Shown: piece after piece, positions 37,020 through 50,348 of the stretch
Position numbering within the stretch: position 1 is the stretch's first letter
Layout of the letters: the number at the start of each line of letters is the position of its first letter
Assembly (NCBI GenBank): GCA_002269645.1
Contig: NIVC01000025.1
Location: 434,001 to 498,000 of the forward strand
Origin: Macrostomum lignano
Lineage: Eukaryota
Direction: 5' to 3'
Length of the DNA: 64,000 bases
Program-made: the position numbers and the translations under genes
The notes under the pieces: generated by a model
What the model was told of the DNA's origin: nothing
The model's input: the letters and a program-made list of their open reading frames with translations, nothing else
The model's database searches: none

Positions 37020-40000
37020 TTGACTTAGCTGCTGGGCGGCCCGAAGACGCAGTGCTGAGGCAATCGTCGCCCATTCCGCTAATCCCTGAAAGGCCCGCAT
37101 AGGCTAGGGCGCGGGGCCGGTCAGGGAGGTCTGCCTGTCCTGTCTGCAGCGTTGTCTTCGGTGGGGAAGACGGAGGCTATAGCCTCGCTTGGTGGCCCGG
37201 AGGAACCGGATAAGCCGTGGGATGTTCTCGGGCCGGCAAGCATCGTCCAGGGACGGGTTGGGCCCGAGGTGGTTGAGCCGGTCACGGTTGAAGGCCAGAC
37301 AGTAGCAGACGAAGTGCTTGGCGTCTTCGTTCTCGAGGTTGCAGAAAGGGCAGAGTTCGCTCCGGTGAACACTTCGGAGGAAACAATGCCTGGAAAAGCA
37401 ACCGTGACCAGTGAAGGTCATAGTGAAAGCGCGGATATCTTTTCGATTTTGATTCAGAATGATTCTCCCCATCTTGAGGGACGGATTGGGCACTGCCGCA
37501 CGGGATTGCCGGCAGTTGGAGATACCATCCCATCTGCGCAAGTGCAGGATGTCCGCCCAGTCGTTAATCTGACGATTAATGACCGTGGCGGGGATGGGGA
37601 CCAGGGGCGCGGGGCCAAGGAGCGAGCCGGAACAACCCACCTTGGCGAGGGAGTCGGCGAGCTCGTTACCTTTGAAGCCGGCGTGTCCTGGGATCCACGT
37701 AAGCCGGACGGTGTTCCTACGAGCCAGCTTGTTGTGCTGCCCGATACAGTTGCGGACTGTTCGGGAGTTCGTAGTGGTGTGACACAGGGCCTGCAAAGCG
37801 GCCTGGCTGTCAGAGTGGAAGAAGATTCTTCTGTCTTTGAAGTCCCTGCAGTAGAGCTCAGCTGCGCAGGAGCTGATGGCAAGGACTTCGTTCTGGAAGA
37901 CGCTAGAGAGTCTGCCAGTATGTTGGGCATGAGTGGCGATCACGCAGCCGTTGATAAGGATGCAGACTCCAAAGCCGGATAAGCCGTCTTTGGCTTATCC
38001 GTCAGTGAAGCAGTGAACCTCCTGAGGGGCCCAGCTTCGTTGGCGTTCTCCCTGGAGGGGATAGTGACCTTGAAGCGTTGGTAGAGGTTGAGGGAGCGCG
38101 GCTCAGTGTCCGAAAGGACAGCCGCACTCCCACTCTCCTCCAGAACTTAAGGCACAGGTCAGAGTGCTACAGGAGCTAGCGCTTTGCCATCGCTCTTTGT
38201 GGCTTGAAGCTAACGCCAGCCTCGATGAGCCGGCGGGTGGTTTTAGCAGCCTCGCGACGGACGAAGATCCAGGGGCGAGAGGCAGAGAAAGGCGTTGAGG
38301 CCGTCAAAGGGAGCAAAGAGCGGAGCATTCAGAATCATGCGGCACGCGCGTCCCTGCACCTTTTTGAGGGCTTCGTGGCAGGTTTTAATCTGCAAGGCGC
38401 TGGTCCAGACCAGGCCGGCGTAAGTAACGGCTGGTCGGACCATTGCGGTATAGATCCACCAGAGCCGCTTCGGGGTGAGGCCCCAGGTGGTGCCGACGGC
38501 TCTGCGCAGCTGCGCAAGAATCGCGAGGGCTTTTTGGTTTTGGCCTGGACGTGGGTGGACCAGCTCAGCCGGTGGTCCAGCGTAACGCCGAGACTCTCGG
38601 TTTGCTTGCAGGATGGGATTTCCACCCCGTAAAGCTTTAGTGGGCAAATACGCCAGTTGATCCTGCTGGTGAACAAGATTGCGACAGTTTTGGTCTCGGA
38701 GAGCCTGAGGCCGCACCTGTCCGCCCATTGTTCAGTAGAGCGAATAAAGTTTTGCAGAAGATCCCTAAAGGTTTCGGGTGACGGTCCGGATGCTACGGCT
38801 GTAACATCATCGGCGTAACCGACCTTAAGAATGGGGTCAAGAAGGCTGTCCTGAAGGATATCATCGATGACCATGTTCCAGAGAAGTGGAGAGAGAACAC
38901 CGCCCTGGGGGCTGCCTTTGCAGATGGTTACCTCCGTTGGTGGCCCAGCAGGTGTGCGGTGGCAGTACAGTGGCTGATCATATACATGATCCACCGGGTG
39001 AGTTGCGAGTGGGTTCCTCTAGCACGTAGAGCTCTGTCGAAAGCCTCAAAGAGGACATTATCGAAGGCTCCAACAATGTCGAGGAAGACAGCGAGAGCGT
39101 AGCCATTACCAAGAACGGCTTTCTCCAGCATGTCAACCAAGACGTGTAGCGCGCTCTCCATGGACCTGCCTGCCCTAAAGGCGTGCTGGTTCTCACTGAG
39201 TGGCTTGTTCTTCAGTTCTACAGAGAGGAGGCGCCAAAGCACCAGTCTCTCCAACAGCTTCACCAGTGAGGAGGTGAGGCTGATTGGTCTGAAGGATTTA
39301 ATGGACCGGTAGTCCGGTCGGCCGGGCTTGGGGATAAAAACCACCTTGGCCTCGGTCCAGGGTTTCGGAACAAAGCCGAGTACAATGCAAGCTTTCAGGA
39401 GCCGGCAAAGGTTCCACAGGAAACCGGTGCATTTTACCGCCTCTCACAGGAAGGCTGGCACAACGCCGTCCAAGCCTGGGGATTTGAAGGGTTTGAAGGA
39501 GGAGACTGCTTTAGTAACGCGGTCCTCCGTGATGATTGAGTCAGCCAGTACGTGTCCGCCCACTGAATTATCAGGGGGTCCGGCCTGGCTGGCTCGTGCG
39601 GTAAAAAGGCTGTTAGCATCGCCTCCAGCGTTTCTCCTGGGTTCTCAGTGAGCGAGCCGTCGGCTCTCTTTACTGAGGAAAGTTTGGACATTTTGTCCAG
39701 AGTGAGGGCTTTAACGATTCTGGAGGTGGGGCGGGAGCCCTCAAGTTCCTCACAGTATTCGCGCCACTTATTGGTTTTGTTTTGGCGTTCCTAACCTGCC
39801 TCTTGAACTCGTGGATAGAGTTCAGGTAGGCGGTTTAGTCAGCCGGTTTTTTTAGTTTTTTGGGCCCTAGGGTGCAGCCTTTGGCTTTGCAACGGAGGTC
39901 GCCAAGCTGCGGGTTCCACCATGGGGCCGACTGTTTGCCTTTATATGCCTTTAGTAGGCATGATATTTCGAAGGCAGCAGTGAGCGAGTCCGAGTGACCT

Positions 40001-42000
40001 ATCTAGTTATATAGTATCTGTGCCAGCGGTTAAACACTGGTACACGGTGGGGACATGTTGGGGCCTGCCCCTTAGCGTCCAAGGTTCCTGGATAAGGATA
40101 ATCCCTGGTGCGTATTGTTCAGTGGGCTTCATGAGGTTGACTGAAGAAGCAATGCTGTGCTGCAGGTTGAACTGCAAGCAGTGAGTGCCCTGGGAGACTT
40201 TCATGGCTACTGTCCAGGGGAGGAGAAAAGCAACTCATTCTCAGCCTCCTCGGTGAGAGTTAAATCGCCAATTTCCATTGGCTCAGGCTAGGCCGCCTCC
40301 CCGGCCACGGAGGTGGACGCGGCGCCCACGGAAGGTGAGTCACTTGGCCGCGCTGCACGGCTTCCCTCCCCAGCAACTGAGGTACGGCTGCTGCCTTCGC
40401 CGTACGCCCCGCCGTCGGGAGTCTGAACTCGGCCGGCAGCGTCCTCCTTGTGGCAGTCCCACCAGTTGGATGGCTGAGCCTGAGCTTCATCAAGTGCGCG
40501 CTGAACTAGCCCGGACCGCCTGCTACTGCGGGCGGGTCCACGTCCGCGCGAGGCGGACTCAGCAGCGCGAATAGCCTTGTTAGGCTCGGGATCGGGTTGC
40601 TGCTGCCGCTTGGCCGGCGGAGCCTGAGCCCCAGCTCCGGGTGCGGCGCGCTTCCCGTCGTTCTTGGCCTCCGTATTGCCCTCCTCACAGCGGAGGATGG
40701 TCAGCTGATGGAGACCAAGGTGGAGGTTCGAGCCGTGCGGTAGCCGCTGTCAGGCCGAGAATGAGAGTGTTGTGGTACACAAGACCACTGACGTCGAGAT
40801 CCGGGTGCCGCTTGAGCAGGAGCTGCTGCAGCTGCTCCCCGGACTTGATCGCGCTGTCGGCCGGGACCCAAATCCGATGGCGGATGGTCTTCGGCCGCTC
40901 GCTCTCCAGGGCGAAGGTCAGCTGGCCCAGGTCAATGGGCCAGTCGAACATGGGCAGCTGATCCCGCAGGAGCTGGGTGCTCTTCTCGGATTTGCACCAC
41001 AGGAGGATGCACTTGACGATGTCCACAAAGACACCCTCCAGGGTTAAGTTAAGCAGGCTCTCGTCGATGGTGCGCCACGCGACGACGTCGAGCTGCTCGG
41101 GAGTAAGGTCGCAGTCCCCGCCGAGGATCATCACGGCGGGTTGAAGCGGCTGCTTGACTTTGGAGGCATAGGTCTCCGAGGTCTTATGGGGGGCCACTTT
41201 GTCCTTGGAAGGCGGTAGGCTGGCAGGGTTGCCCCCCTGAGAGTCCGAGGATACGGCGGTTCCTGACGTCCAGCCGCGCCACCAGACTCTCCAGAGGGCT
41301 TCCCCATCGCGGTGGCTACCGAAAGCCTCACCGCGGCTTGCCCGTCCTCCGCGGACGCAACAGCAGCCCGCTTCTCCTGCCGCTTAAGGTTGCGGCGGAT
41401 GTTGCGCTGGCGTCGGGCCTCGGCCGTGGGCGGTCGGCTTGACTGGCGGCCAGGGCGATCGGCGGCAGCGTCAGCTGGCCCGGTTGGACCAGGTTGGGCG
41501 TTGGAGCTACCAGCGGTAGCTGCCGGAGCGGCTGATCCCGGTGGGCCGTGGCGACCGGGTCAGTTTCGTTGGTGGTGGTGGCGTTAGTGGCCATAGCTGA
41601 AAAGCGGGGGGGGGGGCTACTCGTTACGCAAGTTGAGTACCCGACTGGCCGACACCCCAAGCCAGCCGGTTTAAAAAACGGGACCGCTAGCGACCGGATT
41701 ACTCCCCGGCCTTCCAGCCCATCGGCACGGTCAACACCTTAGGCATTAGAGGGTACGTTAAGCGCAGTACCACGGCCTGCAGGCTGGCGAACCAGAACCG
41801 CACACCCAAGTTGGGCCGAAGCCACTGGATGGGTCGTCAGCGCCGGAGCCCAGTCTGTCCAGCAGCCCTAGGGTCTGCCTTGAACACTCGCGGGGACGTG
41901 TACCCCTGGGTCGACTTGCGAGACATCGTGGCGGGTCTGCGGCTGCTAGAGGCAAATAGAGGGTGCAGACATCCCACCAGCCTTTACCTGCTGACTGACG
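37020..42000 (-). mobile_element. R1/LOA-type non-LTR retrotransposon: ORF1 + ORF2 (APE-RT-RNase H-CCHC), frameshifted, most of APE deleted
   Basis: ORF1 at about 41660-40260. ORF2 starts LQFNLQHS...ILIQEPW (40204), then jumps to APWWN. RT motifs FRPISLTS, FLDIVGAFDNV, GSPQGGVLSPLLW, GYADDV. RNase H motifs VFQNEVLAI, HSDSQAAL, WIPGHAGFKGNELADSLAK. Zn finger CPFC...HFVCYC. Confidence 0.9.
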
Positions 42001-43144
42001 TAAGCCTAGCCCCACGCCATTCTCACAATATTTGAAAACATCGTGCGATGGCTGCGATGCTGCCCTAAATAGTCGGATACGATGAAGACAAATATGCAAT
42101 GCCTGTTTTTGCATCGATATATGCCATGGTCGTGAGTGTGTCCGGCTCTAAAATATGAAAGCATGAGGATGGCGCGAGGATGGCGTGAGGATGGCTTCCC
42201 AAAGATGCACATATCAACGAATTCGTGCGATGATTTCTAAATCCTATATAGGCACGTGCCAGCAATAACCAGCCTATTGTGATGCAATGTTGCATGTAAC
42301 GTCAAGGAAAAATTTCTGATCGAACAGTGCAAGTTCGAAGAGAATCGGTTGAGCCGTTTTTGATAAAACCGTTCACATAACTACCTACCTAGATAGATAC
42401 TACCGACAGACCATTTTTAGTATCCCGTCATCACCCTGAAGCCGTCGGAGACCAGCTGAGGATGTCCAGTAGTTGAGACTTGCCCACTGTCGAGGCTTGA
42501 TCGGCGAAACTAGAGACATTCGCATCAGGGTGTCCATAGTCACCTGCTGCCACCTGTTAAAGGTCCAGAAGCTCCGCCTGGGTGAAGGCTAGTGACCAAC
42601 GAAGTCACAGCTGATGCAGACACATGTGATCGACGTGCTGATGAAAGTTAAAGACTCGGCAAGGCTGCACTGAGGCGCAGTGCTGATTGGCGCACAGGGG
42701 TGTACTGAATACACTTGCGCTCATGAAAAAAATCCGACCTTCTGGCAGAATCGTCGAATATCTCGACGGTCTGGAGAGCAGGCGACTTGATTCTTGTTTG
42801 AGAACGTGCGCAACAAAAAGTTAGCCCCTGTTCTTGAATTTCGTGTGCCTGCGTTGCTCCAATACGGCGCAGCAAAAAATATTGTCAGGGGGGGGGGGAA
42901 TTCCGTCCTCTGGTAGTTCTAGCTACTGTTAAAGTGTGTCGCGTCCTGTGAGCATAGCTACAATATATGTTGCTTTAGTTGTCCTTGTGTACGAATATGA
43001 ATGAGTGAATTAATGAAATGAATGAAGGAATATTAATGATAGCATGCAAGGCTTTCAATGTGGATTTTCCTTAAGAAATTAACGATACTGACTGCAGGAA
43101 GGTCAAAAAACTAAATTTATACTAGAAATTTTTCTTTCTTTGTT

Positions 43145-43171
43145 GCCTCCCCAACGGGGGCAGATTGCTAG
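43145..43171 (+). mobile_element. Helitron-like 3' terminus
   Basis: GCCTCCCCAACGGGGGC hairpin followed by AGATTG-CTAG|T; same family as 35548-35580. Confidence 0.45.
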
Positions 43172-44744
43172 TCCAATATACTAAAAGTCTGAAAACTGAG
43201 AGTGGCATCTATAAAACTAAACTAGGCAAATGAATTTACATGAGAGAGACACCAAGTTGTGCACACCTTCAAAAATTTAACTAATTGGCTTTATCTCGAG
43301 TTTGGACTTCAGTTTATCCATTCGATATCATTTTTGAGTTCTTTTAGCACAAATCACAGAAACGTAAGTTGAATTGTCAGAAATTTTGCACAGAAAGAAG
43401 GGAAATGATTGTTTTATTGCTCCATTTTTTTATTCGGCATAATAAAATGCAGTACAATTTTTGGAGAATTATTGAAACTTCTCGGGGTAATTCCACAGAA
43501 AACTACGAGTAGCTATTTTTTCCTTGATAGTTTGGGAAAGTCTTTTAATTCAATTGAGGTTCAAAATATCGAATTTATCATTTCACATTTTTTCTATTTT
43601 TGAAAAATGCGGTTCCGCTAATTAAAATTGAAGCATTTCGAACAAAAGTAGACGAATTCCGACTTTAAACTATATATTTTAGTTGAAACGTAAATTTATT
43701 AAAACTTTCGAATCCATAGGTTTTTTAAAAGCGAATTCCTAACATTAAAAAATTATTTCTCAAAAATATCAGACGCGATTCAAAATGTGATCGATCTTAT
43801 TTTACAATCAGTCGTGCTCACAATTGCTCAAATCTATATAACAATTCAGAAAATACATTCTAAACAAAAAACCTGAACACATGACACACAACCCGCTGAA
43901 ACATATGCACGATCATGTTAGAAGCAATTTATAGGTAGCTACCTTCCGTGTCCAAATTATACACAATTAGTGCAAATGACTTAATATGGTTGGTGAGCGG
44001 TGAGAGGCATAGGTGAGTCATATAGTTTGTGAGATAGCCACTGACTGTTCAAGGCAAAAAAGCTACATTTAGTTTATTCTGAACATTTTATTCTTTTCTT
44101 CGTTTAATTCCTCTGAATCAGGGGGTGGCGCATATTGTTAGTCCACTCTACTAAGAATGAGTTGTCTCTAGCTATGTGAATTGATTTCAGAAATAACGGC
44201 TCAACAGATTTTCATGAAAATTGCACCGTTCGATCCGCAATTTTTAGTATCGAACTTCCACACTTTTATTCACAAGCCACTCTACCCCCAGAATCAACTG
44301 ATAGTTTCTCTGTTTTTTATGATTAATGGGTTTCGACCTTTCGGCCCCCTTGTGGGGAAGCCTTCGGGCCTCAGGTCTCAGAAATAAATCAATTAGAGTC
44401 CTGGCCCCCCACTCCTGTCAGATAGTCAGCCCCATGGTAGCTTGATCGTGTGGCGAGCAGGTTCTATAGCTAAGAGAGGGACAGCGAGAGACAAGCAGGG
44501 AGAATTTTGAAAGTAGAAATTAGCTAATCCGCAGATCAACTAACTCGCTGCCACCAGCCCGTACATCCTGGCTCACCACACCGGGACTCTCGAAATCGGG
44601 CTTCCGACTAGAAGGGGCTTTGCACTTCCCTGCCAACTAGTGTCTTTTTGCTGTCAATCTCGAAGTCAGAGCCGATGATAAGGGACACTGCTGGGACACT
44701 GCAGAGTGTTCAACAGAAGCTGGTTTAGCAGGAGGCGGCCTGTC

Positions 44745-45191
44745 TCAACTGCAGCTGAAGGACAGCTTCGTACTCGTGCGTATTCAGTTTGTTGTCTACA
44801 TTAGATATTGAGCAAAAATATTAGCAGCATCGTTAAGGTGAAAGTCGAAAAAGTTGGATATAATTAAAAGTAGGTATTATATACCACCATCCAGCATTAC
44901 ACGTAATGTCTTTGAGAATCTGCAGGCTCCTCCTGACCACTCATCATTATCCGCATCGAAGGTGCTGAACTGCATTTCTCTGCGATACGCTGTCGTATCC
45001 TTAAAAAGGTCGCCACGTGCAACCCGGCTCCTGATCTCCGAGCACCAGCCTTTGTAATTTTCGTTCGCTCCGCGCAACGTACCCAAAGCCCTTTAAGTCG
45101 AACGTATATAACTGTACCATTCAGCCGAACTCCTTCATAGATGACTTTGCGATTTGCTGGTCTTTTGTCAGGGTTAAAAGTTGCTTTAAAG
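44745..45191 (-). pseudogene. FReD paralogue 3: decayed exon 2 (plus homologous intron to about 45440)
   Basis: KVIYEGVRLNG, GANENYK, MQFSTFDADND and KLSFSCS* occur across shifted frames. 45290-45400 matches intron sequence 34090-34230. No exon 1 seen. Confidence 0.82.
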
Positions 45192-45602
45192 CTGTCGGAT
45201 TGATGAGTTAGAACAGAAACTGCATTTAATTTATGTTTTATTTGAATGTTTACCATATAGCGTACTTTTCAGCTAGAGTCTCAAATTCCACCCAGCAACC
45301 ACTCTCGAAGACTATGAGCCATTTTGCCAGGTTTAGCAACTTCATCTGCGCCTACCAGTTCAGTTTTATTCCACGCAGCGCTCTTCTTTGTCTAATATTA
45401 GTGCCAAATGAGTCTTCCTGCAGCACAGACTCAACGCCCTCACGCATTTCTGTTTGAGCGTTCACTGACTGTGCTTATTCAGTCCCAACTAGAAAGTTTA
45501 CAACCCAGAAAAGCAGTCAGTTTTGTTTAGCCCCAGTATTATAGTTAGTTAGTTAGTTACATGTAGTTAGTTAGTTAGTTAGCCAATTCTAGTAAACTGC
45601 TG

Positions 45603-45783
45603 CAAGGCGGATCAGGAGGAGGGGCAAGGGGGCCATGCCCCCCTTAGCCGTGGCCAAAAAAAATTGAGCCCATACTTTTCTGGCCTGTACAACTATGCAA
45701 GCTAGTCTATTATAAAATTCTGTGTTGTATTATTGCAGCTTGGTATACCTTGCCCCTCCCCCAATTTTCTGTATCCGCCCCTA
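45603..45783. mobile_element. Small hAT-type MITE
   Basis: Degenerate inverted ends AAGGCGGATCAGG and CTGTATCCGCCCCTA, with a GGGGCCATGCCCCC core. Confidence 0.45.
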
Positions 45784-48700
45784 TAAACTTTAATTGTCAA
45801 ATAATTTTTTCCTGTATCTGCTACATACTTTATATATGTACATGTCATTTAATTATCATCGTTTTTTATTACTTCCTTCTCATCAAAATCACGTAGAGTT
45901 CCGGATTCTACATGAACATCTAGTCCTACTGTTTTTCTTGCTACTATGCATTTACTGCTTCTGTATATGAGCTACAGTAGTTGTGTACATGTACATGTAA
46001 ATACTGCATGTACAGTATGTACATATATATGTAATTATACATACTGCATGCATATATAGTACATACTGCTACTGCAGTATGCACGCTTTTAATTAAACGC
46101 GGTCACGTTTCAGCTACGATTAATACACTGCTGTGAAAGGACTACTAAAACGCCCAATTCATGTAACCATGTATAAATGTATACATGTATGAATTATCGA
46201 CCCCTCTGTCCATAACTGTCGAATCTGTCAATGCAGACATATGGACGTTCCTTGCCCTTATATCTTGACTGACATCCATTAAGAATCCGCTTGGCTTTGC
46301 CTCCATATCAGTGCATTCATGAATTTAGTAGTCTTTTCATTGCAGATAGCAAAAATCCTGTATACCGAGAGCAGTTTTTCTAACTAAATAATAATGCAAT
46401 CATCTGCTACGAGTACACAACTTTTTATTCTTATTTCCACAAAAACGCACAGTATAACAAAGCTACCGTATTTCTTGTAGCATTCTAAAACTTTTGTAGA
46501 AACAATACAAAAAATTACTTCAATGAGTGCTAGTAAACCTTTTTCAAAGAAAAAAAGCAAATTTAGCTTGATAATACGAATTGATGACAATAATAATGCC
46601 TCGTATTCAATTTTACTGTGTCGTGTTCATTAATTGCAGACTGGAATTTAGATATTGCAGAAAAAATTTGAAAAATGAGTAGTTTCCCGCTGAAGAGACT
46701 CAACCCTTTAAACTAATAGAATAAATATAGGTAGTCAATTTTTTATGGAGAGTAGATGTAATTTTTAATTTAGTTTTATATGTTATGTTATGACGATAAG
46801 TCTTCTGACTCAAATTTTTTCACTTTCGTTATGCTTCTTGTTTTTAATCATTTCACTAAATGCGCATATGTTTTATGGGTAGTTTATTATAAAACATAAA
46901 TGCGCATATGTCTTACGGGTAGTTTATTTATTGGTCACAATGCTTTCTCTGAGCTTAGGAAAGAAGTTAGGAACCTACAACTTTAGTACAAACAATAAGC
47001 ACTTAATACAAGCATATAAATAATCACCTGTTGGGTTACAACTGTTGACAATACGTTTCTCCCATTACTTAAAAATACTGATTATCATATAATTTTTAAA
47101 AGTATTCATTAAACCTGAAGTTATAGAAAACTTTAATTTCAGAGAAGCAAGGGTATATCTCTATGGAAAAAAGTTTACACCCCATAATCCCAGACTTAAG
47201 ACTGATGTTTTTTATACTTGGCTTTAAGCTTCTTATATTTGTTAACTTAACATCTCAATAATTGCATAATCTGGCTACTATGACCTATGGGTCACTAGAT
47301 GAAGCAATATACAATAATAATATACAGTATGCAATGCAAACATTTACCTATCAAAATTTTGAAAACTTATCTACATCTAGTGCTTTATTGCTACTCACAA
47401 ATCAGATTATAATATAGTATAAAGAAAGAAGGTCATTATTTAAAGTTATTCTTTAAATATAAATTAAATAATTATGATGTACATATTTGCTTTAAGACCA
47501 AATAAAAAATCTGGGTTTTTTACTATTCCAAATTATTTTTTGCTTTAGAGTGCAATCCCACACAATTCATGCAATTTTGTTTTCCATATTATCTAATCTG
47601 ATATCTGATATTGTTTTAATTTGAACCTATTGGCCAGTAATATTGCAGCTAATAATTCATAGAGCCCCAATATAAGCTTATTATGTTTTTACCTAATCGC
47701 TGATCGGCACTACACTACTTCTAGTAGCATTTACAACTGAATTCTTTATTGTACCAAGTTTTTAACTTCATTAACTACATCACTTTACAAGTTTCCAGCG
47801 ACCCTCTCAGTAAATTTAATTCTTTTTGTCTCGTTTTTTTATTTGTTTAACTATAAAAGAGTTGGCGCCAATCGTAAAAATGAGACTCACAACTTTTATA
47901 CTTGGACTCGTCGGTAAAAAGAGGAATAAGTATTCATTTTTTGTGATCTGAATGTGCTGATTAGATGCGCTCGCTGCGATTCACACCTGCGACCTGCATC
48001 TCTGGACTGGATGTAGTAGTATCTATCGGCTGCTTGTCTGTTAATATTAATGATTCGTCAAATAATTAGCTCGCTAGTAGCTAGTAGCCAAATTTGTAGC
48101 TCATAATTACAGCTTTTGTACTCATATACACAAATATTAATGAATATGCTGATTCTGTAGATTTTATGCTTCTTAGTCTTTAGTCCAGGTAGAGAGCAAC
48201 TCCGCCACCTGCAGAAATTACAGAAAACAAGGAAATAAGAAATGGCAAATACAAAGCATTCTTTGGAAGGATACTTGCTGGATGAACTCGAGACTCTGTG
48301 CCTCGACGGGATTTTGCTGTTAATATTGCACAACATCTGCTGGAGAGAGATTGTAGCACAGCTTTACCTTGGGACCCGGGTGCCAAATAGAATGTTTACT
48401 GAATGGAGAAAGCTAAAATTTCTGAAATTCCCAATAGGCAAAGCTTTCAATACTGATTTTATTTGAATTGAAAATCGTTAATGTTGCTTTACACTCGGGT
48501 GTGGGTGGATGCTAATTACATAAAATTCAATTATTTATATTCTAGTCGTCACCTAGAAATTTTTCATCAATTCCCTGAATCTTTCGTCGTAAAAAAGATT
48601 TGAAACCTTTAAGAATCTAAAGCATGCTTAAATTTTCACTTTCCAAATGCAATACTGATCACAATGGGAATTCGTTTTGAAAAAGATTCGCAGTGATTTG

Positions 48701-50348
48701 TCAGTAAATCGTCAAGGCTGACAATACTTTTCAGGGGGAAAGGGAAAGTATCAATGATATTTATACCCACCCATTTATACCAGTGTGAAGGCAATAAATG
48801 CTTGAGTGACCAGTTTATTGACCGAGGCGAAGCAACAATTAAACCATAAACTGCTGCACCAGTGCAACTGGGGGATACATGAAAGAGATTTCGGCTCAGA
48901 ATTCCCATCTAGTCTATGGTCTATTTGATACATTGTTTTTCTCAGTTCGATGAAGGAGTGTTCTTTGTAAACAAACATTAAAAACTTGGTGGAAGCAAAC
49001 GGTAGAGTAGTACAATAGTACATTAGACACGATTGATGTTGAAAAATCGATGCATTCTATAGTTTGAATTCAAATCAATGATGGGGTGCAAAAGTAGAGA
49101 CCATCGTTAGTTCCGAAGTTTAGACTTGGGAATTCCTTTTTGTTTAAGCTAGCTCTCTTCAGCTCTTTTATACTCGTAGCGCATCTTTATAGTACGTGCA
49201 GAGTTTCTTCCTCCACACAAGTATTCGACTTGCTGATTCAGAAGTAACCCACTCTAACCCTACTGTTGATAACCCGCAGACCATTATTTGGTTTAGGCAG
49301 ATTGCTTAAGTTCTCTAGATGTAATAAACAGATTAGAGTTATGACAATGCTCTGTATCGTGTCTTCACAGATTAAAGTGAACATATTTTTCTCTCACCTT
49401 CTTCTTGTAAAATTTAGTCTTATTGGCTTGACCATAGACATTTTCTATCTATCTGCCCGAAATTTTCTTTCGAAATTTCCTCTTCTTTTTTAGCATTCCA
49501 CAGTAGTCAATTAAATTGTCAAAATTAGAGGGCACGAAAGCCCTCATGCATTCTCCCTGCTTCATCAACAAATTGAATTTATTCGTTGAATTTGAGCAAC
49601 GGAGCTCTTGCATTAAATTAGCTAATGCAAATCTGAATTGGTTAGCTAGTTAAATTTAGGCTGTCAATTTTTAAATTCGATTTGCCGAAATCCTGCATGA
49701 TTCATTGGAGCTTTAAATTGAAATTGAAGGCAAATTTGACGCACAATATGGCATTCCTGCACGCTTTATCTGGCAATAGGCATTTCAGTACAATAAAGTG
49801 ACAAATCAAAATATCAATCGACATACGAGTACTTGTAGATCAATGATATATTCCTGCACGGTCACGAGTGCGGGAATGACATCTGCACGAGTGCGCGCTA
49901 GCGCACGAGTGCACGATGTCCTTCACGCACGAGTGAACGTGAAGGAATTCCATTGTCGGATGATTCATCGTGCAGGAATGCACAAAACCGTGCAGGAATG
50001 CATTTCTGCGCCTAATGCTTTTTCAGTGAGATTTTACCATAGACATCCATTCCTGCACGCAAAAGAGTGCAAGAATGCCATTCTTGCATGGAAAATCAGC
50101 CGACAATATCTAGCATAGAATGATTGAAATTTAAAACAAACCGCTTTAATCTTATACTTGGCCCGCGTGCCAAAGGCAGTCTCGCTGATTGCACCATAAA
50201 CAGCTGCAAAATGCATTTTACGAGTAGTGAGTCAGTCGTGCGCAGGCCGTGCTGAACTGATTAGCTGATAACAAAAACTCTGTTAATTACCATAGACAGG
50301 CAGCGACAATCTTTTCCGCACACCTTTTTTGCATTCCATTTTGCCATT

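Noticed and set aside
37152-37982. 276-aa plus-strand ORF
   Set aside because: Antisense to the LINE RNase H region, with no independent motif.
47100-47420. Possible decayed RT (LISEKQGYISMEKS)
   Set aside because: One weak motif in AT-rich DNA, with no further RT blocks.
48180-49030. Short ORFs that might be exons
   Set aside because: No recognisable domain and no phase-consistent splice chain.
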